64,000 nt of DNA from an uncultured Candidatus Poseidoniales archaeon (GTDB taxonomy: Archaea > Thermoplasmatota > Poseidoniia > Poseidoniales > Thalassarchaeaceae). The translations under genes and the position numbers were made by a program. The notes below the pieces were generated by a model. That model made no database searches and was not told the origin of the DNA. It was given only the letters and a program-made list of their open reading frames with translations. The DNA lies in the NCBI GenBank assembly GCA_963990035.1, contig CAXDMJ010000001.1:10622-74621 (forward strand), read 5' to 3'. Below, piece by piece: positions 19,256 through 28,434 of this stretch (the first letter of the stretch is position 1; the number at the start of each line of letters is the position of its first letter).

Positions 19256-19801
19256 ATGACTACAAACATACTGCGAAGAGATATGGAGCCACATATCATT
19301 GTATCATCACTTGTTCGACCATATGAAGATATAGAAAAAGTAATTCAATCAATTAATGTGTTTTTCCCCGATTTTCAAACAGATGAAAAAATAATAAAAA
19401 CCACTTTTCCAACTAAAAACAAGAGTTTGATAATCAGTGGAAAATCTGAAACATTAGAACATTTACTTAAACAGATAAGAATTCAAAGAATACTAGATAC
19501 TGCACTAGATATCATGAGTATGGATTTAGAGATTAACTCTACTGTCTTTGATATTTCAAGGCAGGCTGCCATGGTAGGGAAAGTTTCTTTTGTTCTAGAT
19601 AAAAATACTCTTGGAGGAAAGATAAGTATTAGTTTAGCAGGAGAAGAACTTGATTTATGGCTAGAAGAGCAAACTTGGCATGAGGGAAGAAATGAGATTC
19701 CAAGATTTTCTAAAGATGAGTTCTCTATGAGGTATAATGGTGAACCTACAGAATGGTTTGATAAAAGAGGCCACCCCACTGTCAATCAAGATGAAGACTA
19801 G
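19256..19801 (+). CDS. Hypothetical protein, possible COG1931/UPF0201-like RNA-binding protein
   Basis: 'MEPHIIVSSLVRPYEDIEKVIQSINVFFPDF' resembles the N-terminal v.V.pTED.eKV..ai.n.FP pattern of archaeal UPF0201 proteins. The track start at 19193 is TTG. I prefer ATG 19256. Confidence 0.35.
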   Translation: MTTNILRRDMEPHIIVSSLVRPYEDIEKVIQSINVFFPDFQTDEKIIKTTFPTKNKSLIISGKSETLEHLLKQIRIQRILDTALDIMSMDLEINSTVFDISRQAAMVGKVSFVLDKNTLGGKISISLAGEELDLWLEEQTWHEGRNEIPRFSKDEFSMRYNGEPTEWFDKRGHPTVNQDED

Positions 19802-20786
19802 GTAAACCCTGAATAGACCATTTCTTCAATAATGGTAAATCAGCAGGTAACCACTTTACTTCTAGTAAATCTTCTTGAGAAAGCCATCGCATCTCATCAT
19901 GTTCTACTAATGTTATTTTATTTGGATGAATGACACCACAGTTTAATATCATCAATTCAACTTTTTTATCATCATATTCATGAATTAATATTTCTTCTAT
20001 TCTTAAAGGAGAAACTTCAACATTTAGTTCTTCAAATATCTCTCTAGTAAGTGCCTGATATGGGTTTTCTCCTTCTTCTATTTTACCTCCAGGGAACTCC
20101 CACCATCCACCCCAAGTATCATCTTTAGGTCTTTTACAAGATAAAATTCGTCCTTGTGTATCAAATATTAATGCACCAACTACTTTCAATTTAGGTTTCA
20201 TAAATAAACAATTTAAAATTTTTTCGACCACCCCCAGTTGTGTAGTCGAACTCATATCAGATTCTGAGGGAAGATGAATGAAAAGGACTGGGATATTTTT
20301 ATGTTGTAAATTACTCCGATAAAGAGCAGATAAAGTTCTAAAATAAGTTTCATTACAAACAAAACGACCAGGATTTATACTCCAATTCACATCATCATCA
20401 TTATTAAATAACTCATCAAAAGCAAGTATTGGAGCTGTAGTTTGATACCTTTCTAAATCGCCTTTAATAATTGGACCTGAAACTATTTTTCTACCAGAAT
20501 TATCATCACTATTCATGCCATACTGATTATATGCAAACTTCTCTAAAGAAATAAAATCTCGATTAGCAGAAAATCCTAAATGAATAATAGCATCGAATTT
20601 TTCATTATTGATTATTCTACTTGCGATAGAATTTGAACCTTTTTCATCAACAGATAATAATGATGTGACAAGTTTGAAATTTGGAAAATTCTTTTCATTT
20701 AATATTTTTATGATTTTTTCTGAAATATTTTCTGTGAAATTAGAAAACTTAGGATATCCTGTAACCAACACTACAGGCTTGCTCAT
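19782..20786 (-). CDS. Fusion protein: pyroglutamyl-peptidase I (C15)-like N-domain + MutT-type Nudix hydrolase C-domain
   Basis: C15-like blocks are 'VVLVTGYPKF', 'AIIHLGFSANRDFISLEKFAYN' (Glu), 'PGRFVCNETYF' (Cys) and 'VLFIHLP' (His). The Nudix box is 'GGKIEEGENPYQALTREIFEELNV'. Confidence 0.7.
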   Translation of the reverse strand: MSKPVVLVTGYPKFSNFTENISEKIIKILNEKNFPNFKLVTSLLSVDEKGSNSIASRIINNEKFDAIIHLGFSANRDFISLEKFAYNQYGMNSDDNSGRKIVSGPIIKGDLERYQTTAPILAFDELFNNDDDVNWSINPGRFVCNETYFRTLSALYRSNLQHKNIPVLFIHLPSESDMSSTTQLGVVEKILNCLFMKPKLKVVGALIFDTQGRILSCKRPKDDTWGGWWEFPGGKIEEGENPYQALTREIFEELNVEVSPLRIEEILIHEYDDKKVELMILNCGVIHPNKITLVEHDEMRWLSQEDLLEVKWLPADLPLLKKWSIQGLPSLHLD

Positions 20787-20829
20787 GATTGATAGGAGAA
20801 GTGTATCATAGTTGGCGTTTTCGTATACA

Positions 20830-21204
20830 ATGAATAGTTATGTTCATGATTCAATAGCGCTTAGCAGGTACATGACTGATGATATCATAGTTAGTCTTGC
20901 AGATGATAATGAACCAAAGAAAGTTAATTCATTTGGTGTCATTGGCGTAATTTGGAGTGAATTAAATGGAGGTATTGGGCCTTGGGGAACTATGAGACCT
21001 CTGTTTACATTAATTTTGGCTTTAATTCCATTTCTTTTTCTTGGTCAGCATTTTAATCGACAACATGAGAAAGCAAATGGCTGGTTTTTAATACAGTTAC
21101 CCTTACTTTTCACCATTATACTGTGGTTTGCACTTTATGTGTGGTCAATTGGAGATGCTCTATGGGTTTCAAGTAGATTAGTCGCTAAATCTGAAAATCA
21201 ATAA
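20830..21204 (+). CDS. Small integral membrane protein (hypothetical)
   Basis: There are three hydrophobic helices (e.g. 'LFTLILALIPFLFLG','LPLLFTIILWFALYVWSIG'). The track start at 20812 is TTG. The first ATG is at 20830. Confidence 0.45.
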   Translation: MNSYVHDSIALSRYMTDDIIVSLADDNEPKKVNSFGVIGVIWSELNGGIGPWGTMRPLFTLILALIPFLFLGQHFNRQHEKANGWFLIQLPLLFTIILWFALYVWSIGDALWVSSRLVAKSENQ

Positions 21205-21675
21205 TTAAAAGTTTTCAGGTAACTCTAGTGGACTAAAAAGATGCCCTGGGCTGGTTGATTTCGCTAACTGAGTTCTGATTATTTTCTCCCAATCCCTCAT
21301 TAAAGAGATAACATTAACAAACGGTATTTCTGAACCGTTAACAATAGTTCTAATTATTGTATCAAAGATATCCATGCGGTCATGATCAATTGTCTGCATT
21401 AATTTATCTAATGGGAAATTATCGATACGTGGAGGTTCGGTCGTACTGACTATAGGCCAAGGTTTAGTAATGTGCTCAGGTAATAATTCTCCCTCAGAAT
21501 CAGCTATTTTTTGTAACTCAGATAAAAGTATATTCAAGTATTTAGAGATAACTAATGCAGATTCAATGATTGGTAAATTATATTGTTTAACAAAATTTGA
21601 TAAATTTTCCTGAAGAAAAAGAAGCTTTTCTTCTAGGGGCTCGGAGGGACTAGGTATCTCCCCTTCACCACTCAT
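21205..21675 (-). CDS. Hypothetical cytoplasmic protein (156 aa)
   Basis: The ORF lies 41 nt downstream of, and co-directional with, the giant TSP3 gene. It has no TM segment and no recognised motif. Confidence 0.45.
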   Translation of the reverse strand: MSGEGEIPSPSEPLEEKLLFLQENLSNFVKQYNLPIIESALVISKYLNILLSELQKIADSEGELLPEHITKPWPIVSTTEPPRIDNFPLDKLMQTIDHDRMDIFDTIIRTIVNGSEIPFVNVISLMRDWEKIIRTQLAKSTSPGHLFSPLELPENF

Positions 21676-21716
21676 GAACTATCCGAGAATGTTTTAGCAA
21701 ATTAATGCAATGAAAG

Positions 21717-24700
21717 TCAGGAGGTGGTTCTATCATCATATCGTATTGGAGATGCACTGTTGCCTCTTATCCCATCTATCATATCATCTTCAATTTCAAA
21801 ATAGTCATTTAACCAATCACCATCTGTATCCCATTTCGTAGGATCGGTTCCATCTGCTATTTGGTCACCATCGATATCTAGAAGCCACCAACCAAATACA
21901 TACTCACCAAGTCCAGTATTAGGGAGATGATATTGATCACCGGCAAATCGACTGTAAGAATCCGCCCATTCACCACTGCATAATGTTTCATCGTCAGTTG
22001 TGTCTAAATATTGATAGTCTGCATCATTATCATCAATGATTAATGCAAAGAGTTGGTCATTATTATTAATTTTATACATTCTAAAATAGTTGGATGCTAA
22101 AGCAGAAGAACCTGAACAAGTGCCTAACAAAGACTCACGTAACTGCCACCATTCATCAACATAATTCCCTGAACAATCATTCAAAAGAGCTTGCCGGACG
22201 AGAGTTGGCGATGATAATGTCGCATTAACTAAACCGTAATATTCTTGGAAATTATTATATTTTTGATAAACACAATTACCACCTGAACAATTCCAACCTC
22301 CATCTTTATCGGCATCTTGACCTGCATCATCTGCATCTGTAGCATCATGAGTAAACCATACCCAATCTAATACAGGACGAGAAATAACGCCATCAGATAT
22401 ATCTACAGGCTTCCAATTATTTGCTGAAATTTGTTCCCATTGAACCTGTATTTTAAGATAAGATGACCAATTATCATTAGTTTCATTCCAACCCCTGTAA
22501 TATTCATAGAAATCTGGCATCATATCTCCATCTGTATCATTATCAAGGGGATTTGTACCATATTTGAATACTTCTCGACCATCACTTAGATTCATATTCT
22601 TGACATAATCCGTCACTTCCCCATTAGTAAATACAGGTTCCATCACCATAGAGTCACCATCCGAATCAGGATCTAATGGATGTGTACCATTCTCATATTC
22701 CATTAGATTACCAAAGAATAAACCAAGTGCGCCATTACTAATTTGATTTTCTAAATTCGAAGCAGTAAACTGTCTATTTTCCCAAGTGCCTTGAGTTGCA
22801 GGGTCATCTAACCACTGCCTATCATACCAACCATCAGCATCAGGGTCATAATTAACATCGAGAGGATTTATAGGATTCATGGACCATCTATAATCGTTAA
22901 TGGGTAAATATTCACCGTATACTGAGAAGCAGTATTCCCAACCATCAGGCATACCGTCCCTATCGGAGTCGGAATCAGTAGGATCGCTTATTCCCGCTAG
23001 ACTTACATTGAAATTATTTGGATTGATTTCATTAATTAATCCAGATTTTTCGGAAGCAAGTAACGATTTTGTACTAAATGTCACATATAGTTGACTGAAT
23101 GCTAGAGAATAACTCATTCCTTGTTCGTCAATGTATGCATTAACTGCATCAGCACCGTACGATACAAGTCCGGTACCATTTGGTATACTATCTACTGCTA
23201 ATTTTTTCCCAAATATTCTTGATTCGAATTCTGCTAAATTATCAAATCTTTCAGAAGGTGAGATTATTCCATCATTATTACAATCATATGAATCATCATC
23301 AGAATCTATAAAAATATCAGTATCTGTTAGTAAATTCATTTCCCATCTATTTTCTTCAAGATTCCATTCAGTAAACCAGTACTCATATCCATCACTCATG
23401 CCATCTCGATCAGTATCTATTGAAGTAGGGTCTGATATTCCAAATAATGCTTGAAGAAGGGGTTTGGCAGAAGAACCACCTTGCCAATCTTGGAACTGTT
23501 GTAAGGCGAGCTGAGCTCTACCTTCTTTATTGAATAATATCCTATATACTCTATTTTCTGCTTCCGATGGATCTAGGTACTCTGCTTCTTCCCATAATCG
23601 TGGAGCATCAGGAGGAGATAAACCTCCATTGAATGGATTGTTAAGTGTTAAATTAAGTTCAACTTGGTCAGAAATACCATCATTATCAGAATCATAATTT
23701 CCATCATTAGCTACAAGAGGATTCAATGTCCAAACATTATCAGTAGAATTCCATTTGGTAAATATTAATTCTATTCCATCTAAAAGACCATCTCCATCAG
23801 TATCAGGATTATTTGGATCAGCAGTCATCCCAGTCAAATTGATTTGTTCTGGAGTAAGGAATGAACCAAATGAACTAGCAGATTCAGCAGATAGCCAAGG
23901 ATTTGGAAGATACTCTCCTCCAAAATATAGCAAGTAGAATTGAGGTACAGTTATTAAAGAATTTATTTCAGTAAATTCTCCAGAAATAACATTGTATTCT
24001 TCCCAATTGTTCATCCCATCACCATCAGGATCACCGATTCTGTCTTGTCCATTAACAGGATTTAAACTCCAAGTGCCATCAAATAAACTCCATCGTGCAT
24101 GGAAAAATTCCCAACCATCAGGCATACCATCTGCATCTGAATCAGAATTTAGAGGATTACTCGAGCCAATATCTATCTCAGAAGTACCATTAACTAAATT
24201 ATTATACGAATCAGTAGCATATTCTCCAAATGAACCCTCTGCAAAATCTTCCCAAGTATCATTGAATAACAATGTAGTGAAATTTTCTGGGAAAGGTATT
24301 CCATTATCGGTACTATCAGAGAATATTACATCAGACCTCAAATGAAATTCCATCCAATTAACAAGACTTTCTTCTAATTCCAATACTCCATTATGATTTA
24401 CATCATAACCATCTCCATCTGGATTGTTTAGAGCATCTGAACCATTCATAGGATTGATACCAGCTGCATTTACAGACCAAGAACATGAATACCTAGCTTC
24501 CCAACCATCTGGAAGTGAATCCCCATCAGAATCAACATTATTTGGATCTGTCACACTCCAATTCAAAGCGGCATCTGATGTTTCACCGTGAGATGGGAGG
24601 CCTTCTTGAGAAATCGTCGTCAGAAGGTTAGACCACTTATATTCACAGAGATTAGATAAACCATCATTATCTGCATCTGCATCCGCATCACTAGGATCTC

Positions 24701-27437
24701 TAGGGTCTAATGTCCACAGGTTCCCTCCATTGTAGACGTCACCTATCCAACGGCGGTTAGATATCTCCCATCCATCTGGCATACCATCATTATCTGTATC
24801 GATACTAGTAGGGTCGGTCGGACCATCAGTACCCCCTCCGGCACCAGAACCTAGCCAACCTTCCAAGTGAACAGCCTCAGATAATAACCCTAAATCTTCA
24901 TCACAAAGATATTCATCATTTAGGTAATGACAATCGAAATTTGTAGACTCAGTAAACCAACCCCAATATTCTTCACCATCGGTAAGGCCATCCCCATCTG
25001 TATCTATATCTCTGGGGTCAGTACCATTGAATCCATTATCGGAATTAGTAATAAATCGAAATTCATCAAGATTAGTCCAACTTCTATCTATACCTTCACC
25101 TATTTCGGGACTGTAATGGACACCATCGGCGTCTGCATCGCGATCTCTGTCATATGGATCAGTTGGATCTAAACCATGAATATATTCCCATCCATCAGGC
25201 ATGCCATCAAGATCAGAATCAGTCGATAAAGGATCTATTGGCATTATATTCATATATCGGCCAGGTGATATACCTGCGAATAAATGTATACCAGTAGATG
25301 ATTCGAGTGTAACTAATGTACTTACTAGGCCTGGTAAATATGTTTGATTATCTGAAATACCTGTGACTCCTTGATATCCTCCATCGAGCACCCATGTTCC
25401 ATCTCTTGAACCAACTATAATTTGATTATTAAGAGTAAATATAGAATGGATATCATTTGATCCAGATAACCAATTTTCTTCTTTCCACATTCTTTCAGAA
25501 TCGAATGCTAGAAGAGGCATTGAAATTATTTTCTCAATATCAATTAAATGAAGACCTCCTGCGGTGCCAATCCAAGCACCAGTAATTAATTCAAAGCTAC
25601 CTGAGGAATCTTTTGGCCCTGCTGGAACTATTGTATTAACTATTGCAGATTTAGATACATTGAGTAAATCTGCCTTTCTGACAAAGTTTTCAGAATTTTC
25701 TCTATCAAATACCCACCAAGGTTCACCAGTAGAGTCTGAACCATCGGTTGTATTCCAAGCAACTAAGCCACCATCTGTACCGATGAGTAATAATGGGCCT
25801 CGACCATCCATCTCCATGTGTAATGCAGTATTGACCCTAGCTGCATTATTTGCTAATAATTCAGATATTGAATCTAAATAAACTGGATCACTTATTGATG
25901 AATCAGTGATAGATATTGTCCAGACTTCTTGATCAGAAAATATCATTAAATCTAAATTACTACTACCAGTATTGAGTACAACCATTTCACTTATTGAATC
26001 GATTAATACACTAGAATCATCATTACCAATAGAAAACGCTTCAATCAATGGAACACCATTTTCTATTTCAATAATAGAAACACCATAATTAGTAGACATT
26101 ACAAGATATTCTCCAACCTCATTAGACCATTTCATCATTGATTTGAGCTCGACACCGGATGGCAACTCTTTGAGAGTAGATAATTCATTGAATGGATCAA
26201 AGATTGTTATTCCATATTTCGAACCTATAATTAGACGATCTCTTTCATTATCTGGAATTATAGTATGTACTGAGGCGTCTACTAATTGGGGGTCGGTAGA
26301 CTGATCAAAAGTTGAGAAAATATCTTCAGAATCAGATATTTCTATACTACGTAAACCAGGAGTAACTGAAATTCCTTCATCATAATGAACCATATATTCT
26401 TCGTAATTACTGAAAGATTCACCCCAACTGGATGTGGCGACAGATGTGTCAGGTATTACGTAACCATCTCGATCTAAATCCCATCCATCTAAGTCAGAAT
26501 CGATTATAGAATCACTGGCATTTCTTGGGTCTAAACCATAGTGAACTTCCCAGCCATCAGGTATACCATCACCAGGAACTACAAGGCCTACTGAAATAAT
26601 TTCAGCCCATGAGTAATAATCAGAATCAGATTCGGTAGGGTCGCTACCAAGCCAACCATCCCCAGTGGGTCTCTCAACTACCGATTGACAAGAACCAGAT
26701 ACCAGTAAATTAATCTCGCCAGAACACCAGAGCCCATCTCTCTCAGTTATCCAATCATCAGGTGCACCAAAAATATATTCTTCTGAATTTGAATAAATTT
26801 CAGTCAGATCTATGACTCCATTACGATCTACATCAAATCCATCACCGCAACCAAATGTAAAATCATAGCAGCGGTCAATATCTTCCCACATATCAGTAGG
26901 ATCTAATGGATCGAACCAAAGACAGTTCCAAGCGCTTGTTGTGTTAAGATATCCCAAACCACCTTCCGTACACATATAGATTTCATAACCATCAGGCAGA
27001 CCGTCTCCATCTGTATCTGCAACTCTAGGGTCGAGCCATTCACGGAATCCAGAATCACTTAATTCCGCTGGTTTACCTGTTAAAGCAACTCGATCTGTGA
27101 AACATTTATCCAAGGTATAGGGCCAACAATATTCCAGCAGAGCACTGGCACCATCATTATCATGGTCTGACATATTATCAGTCCCATTCTTTGAATCTAA
27201 ACCAGAAATCAACAATATTTCTGAACCTGTATCGTACAGAATATCCTCACCAAATAATACTGATTCATGAAAGTCAGGTATTCTATCACCATCTTCATCA
27301 GTTACTGGAGGTCCTCCACCAGCAGCCTCTCCAGGGTTAGTATTCTCTACCGGAGCCTGAGGGCGAGTTTGAGAAACGAAGGCTAAACTAGAGAGAATTA
27401 ATACTGTCATAAGTAGAGCTGTTTGTTTACGTCTCAT
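21717..27437 (-). CDS. Giant secreted protein (1906 aa) with ~25 thrombospondin type-3-like Ca-binding repeats and a central beta-propeller
   Basis: The signal peptide is 'TALLMTVLILSSLAFVSQ'. D-x-D-x-D-G-x-x-D-x-x-E units recur (DTDGDGLPDGYE, DSDLDGMPDGWE, DTDNDGMPDGWE, DSDADGMPDGWE, DSDRDGMPDGWE and others). GAGGTCAT lies just upstream of the ATG. Confidence 0.8.
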   Translation of the reverse strand: MRRKQTALLMTVLILSSLAFVSQTRPQAPVENTNPGEAAGGGPPVTDEDGDRIPDFHESVLFGEDILYDTGSEILLISGLDSKNGTDNMSDHDNDGASALLEYCWPYTLDKCFTDRVALTGKPAELSDSGFREWLDPRVADTDGDGLPDGYEIYMCTEGGLGYLNTTSAWNCLWFDPLDPTDMWEDIDRCYDFTFGCGDGFDVDRNGVIDLTEIYSNSEEYIFGAPDDWITERDGLWCSGEINLLVSGSCQSVVERPTGDGWLGSDPTESDSDYYSWAEIISVGLVVPGDGIPDGWEVHYGLDPRNASDSIIDSDLDGWDLDRDGYVIPDTSVATSSWGESFSNYEEYMVHYDEGISVTPGLRSIEISDSEDIFSTFDQSTDPQLVDASVHTIIPDNERDRLIIGSKYGITIFDPFNELSTLKELPSGVELKSMMKWSNEVGEYLVMSTNYGVSIIEIENGVPLIEAFSIGNDDSSVLIDSISEMVVLNTGSSNLDLMIFSDQEVWTISITDSSISDPVYLDSISELLANNAARVNTALHMEMDGRGPLLLIGTDGGLVAWNTTDGSDSTGEPWWVFDRENSENFVRKADLLNVSKSAIVNTIVPAGPKDSSGSFELITGAWIGTAGGLHLIDIEKIISMPLLAFDSERMWKEENWLSGSNDIHSIFTLNNQIIVGSRDGTWVLDGGYQGVTGISDNQTYLPGLVSTLVTLESSTGIHLFAGISPGRYMNIMPIDPLSTDSDLDGMPDGWEYIHGLDPTDPYDRDRDADADGVHYSPEIGEGIDRSWTNLDEFRFITNSDNGFNGTDPRDIDTDGDGLTDGEEYWGWFTESTNFDCHYLNDEYLCDEDLGLLSEAVHLEGWLGSGAGGGTDGPTDPTSIDTDNDGMPDGWEISNRRWIGDVYNGGNLWTLDPRDPSDADADADNDGLSNLCEYKWSNLLTTISQEGLPSHGETSDAALNWSVTDPNNVDSDGDSLPDGWEARYSCSWSVNAAGINPMNGSDALNNPDGDGYDVNHNGVLELEESLVNWMEFHLRSDVIFSDSTDNGIPFPENFTTLLFNDTWEDFAEGSFGEYATDSYNNLVNGTSEIDIGSSNPLNSDSDADGMPDGWEFFHARWSLFDGTWSLNPVNGQDRIGDPDGDGMNNWEEYNVISGEFTEINSLITVPQFYLLYFGGEYLPNPWLSAESASSFGSFLTPEQINLTGMTADPNNPDTDGDGLLDGIELIFTKWNSTDNVWTLNPLVANDGNYDSDNDGISDQVELNLTLNNPFNGGLSPPDAPRLWEEAEYLDPSEAENRVYRILFNKEGRAQLALQQFQDWQGGSSAKPLLQALFGISDPTSIDTDRDGMSDGYEYWFTEWNLEENRWEMNLLTDTDIFIDSDDDSYDCNNDGIISPSERFDNLAEFESRIFGKKLAVDSIPNGTGLVSYGADAVNAYIDEQGMSYSLAFSQLYVTFSTKSLLASEKSGLINEINPNNFNVSLAGISDPTDSDSDRDGMPDGWEYCFSVYGEYLPINDYRWSMNPINPLDVNYDPDADGWYDRQWLDDPATQGTWENRQFTASNLENQISNGALGLFFGNLMEYENGTHPLDPDSDGDSMVMEPVFTNGEVTDYVKNMNLSDGREVFKYGTNPLDNDTDGDMMPDFYEYYRGWNETNDNWSSYLKIQVQWEQISANNWKPVDISDGVISRPVLDWVWFTHDATDADDAGQDADKDGGWNCSGGNCVYQKYNNFQEYYGLVNATLSSPTLVRQALLNDCSGNYVDEWWQLRESLLGTCSGSSALASNYFRMYKINNNDQLFALIIDDNDADYQYLDTTDDETLCSGEWADSYSRFAGDQYHLPNTGLGEYVFGWWLLDIDGDQIADGTDPTKWDTDGDWLNDYFEIEDDMIDGIRGNSASPIRYDDRTTS
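21750..25280 (-). repeat. In-frame array of TSP3-like repeat cassettes (C-terminal array)
   Basis: Near-identical coding cassettes encode DP-x-x-x-DSD-x-DGMPDGWE. Plus-strand examples are 'ttcccaaccatcaggcataccgtccctatcggagtcggaatcagtaggatc' (22935-22985), 24108-24160, ~24768-24815 and ~25188-25235. Confidence 0.75.
25280..26330 (-). other. Beta-propeller-like segment inside the TSP3 giant
   Basis: There are five or six blade-like units with the recurring pattern G(S/T)xxG(I/L/V)x(I/V/L)x(D/E/N): 'GSKYGITIFD','STNYGVSIIE','GTDGGLVAWN','GTAGGLHLID','GSRDGTWVLD'. This resembles Reg_prop-type propeller repeats. Confidence 0.5.
26330..27310 (-). repeat. N-terminal TSP3-like repeat array of the same protein
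   Basis: 'DEDGDRIPDFHE','DHDNDGASALLEY','DTDGDGLPDGYE','PGDGIPDGWE','DSDLDGWDLDRDGY'. Confidence 0.6.
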
Positions 27438-27439
27438 GC

Positions 27440-27447
27440 TATGACCT
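27440..27447 (-). promoter_or_regulatory. Shine-Dalgarno-like GAGGTCAT upstream of the TSP3 giant ATG
   Basis: The rc of 27438-27450 reads GACGAGGTCATAG, followed by ATG at 27437. This matches 7 of 8 positions of the GAGGTGAT seen upstream of the second TSP3 gene. Confidence 0.4.
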
Positions 27448-27612
27448 CGTCTTAACTACCCTTAGCGACTTTCACGCATTTATGACCATGATGGAGCGTC
27501 GTTCGGACAAGAACACATAAATCGGACAATACGGAATAAGATTTACCATATTAAAACGAGCATGATTCTTCTTGGAAAACAGATTGATTGAAGGACTAAA
27601 CATATCCCCCTT

Positions 27613-28434
27613 ATGACGATTGAGATGGGATTAGAGATAACTCACTTAGGTTCAGGGAGTAGGGGGAACGCAACACTTTTAGTTTCGAATGATTCAAAAA
27701 TTCTTATTGATTGTGGATTCTCACTAAAACAAACTGAATTAAGATTATCAAGGATAGATGTAGACCCAAAAACTATTGATGCAATAATTGTAACTCATCA
27801 CCATGGAGATCATTCAAAATCGGCTCTAAGAGCATCAGAGAAATGGGGAGCTAAACTATACTCAAATACAGAAACAGCAATAAAAATGGGATGGAATCCA
27901 ATCTCAGAATGTAGAACATTTGCAGATTTAGAAAGATTAGAGATAAGCGATAATCTCAGTATCTTACCGATTCCTGTACCTCATGATGATGCAGAAAATA
28001 TTGCACTAATTGTAAGCAATGGTAAAGGGATTAGAGCAGGATTCGTCACTGATTTGGGAGAAGCCACTGTAGAATTGAAAAGACATCTGAAAGGATGTTC
28101 GCACATATCTATTGAAGCAAATTATGACCATCAAAAATTAATGCAAGGGCCATATCCAGATTCATTGAAAAGAAGAATCACGGGTAGAGGAGGGCATTTG
28201 TCGAATAGCCAAACTGCAGAAATAATTAGTGAAATTCTAACTCCAAATTTAAAAACTATAGTTTTATGTCATTTGTCGGATAAGAATAATGCTCCTCACA
28301 TAGCAGAAAGTGAAGTTTTAATGCAAATATCAGATGATTTTGAAGGGTCGATATTTATTTCTGGTCAAGATGGGCCTGATTTTAAAATAATTGCTGGTAA
28401 AAATAATTTTAAGAAAGTTGGAGATAATAAGTAA
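27613..28434 (+). CDS. Metallo-beta-lactamase-fold hydrolase (YycJ/PhnP-like)
   Basis: 'IIVTHHHGDHS' is the HxHxDH zinc motif. An N-terminal 'LGSGSRGNATLL...ILIDCG' and a distal 'GHLSN' are also present. Confidence 0.75.
   Translation: MTIEMGLEITHLGSGSRGNATLLVSNDSKILIDCGFSLKQTELRLSRIDVDPKTIDAIIVTHHHGDHSKSALRASEKWGAKLYSNTETAIKMGWNPISECRTFADLERLEISDNLSILPIPVPHDDAENIALIVSNGKGIRAGFVTDLGEATVELKRHLKGCSHISIEANYDHQKLMQGPYPDSLKRRITGRGGHLSNSQTAEIISEILTPNLKTIVLCHLSDKNNAPHIAESEVLMQISDDFEGSIFISGQDGPDFKIIAGKNNFKKVGDNK

Noticed and set aside
22935-25235. Repeated ~45-50-nt DNA units could be a CRISPR-like or tandem non-coding repeat.
   Set aside because: The units are irregularly spaced (hundreds of nt apart), imperfect, and in frame within a coding sequence (TSP3 cassettes). 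There is no repeat-spacer periodicity and there are no cas genes.
22900-25881. A series of plus-strand ORFs (22900-23094, 23131-23454, 23755-23937, 23992-24345, 24927-25172, 25564-25881) lies inside the 1906-aa gene.
   Set aside because: They lie antisense to a continuous 5.7-kb ORF with clear repeat-domain content. Their S/P/I-rich translations carry no motifs, and such shadow ORFs are expected opposite D/G/E-rich repeats. I treat them as non-coding.
27438-27612. The longest non-coding gaps (27438-27612, 554-718, 46051-46169, 61815-61931) were considered as possible tRNA or small-RNA loci.
   Set aside because: By eye, none shows a tRNA acceptor or T-arm (GTTCxAxxC) pattern or extended GC-rich stems. 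They are better explained as divergent or upstream promoter regions. A covariance-model scan (tRNAscan-SE/Infernal) would be needed to be sure.
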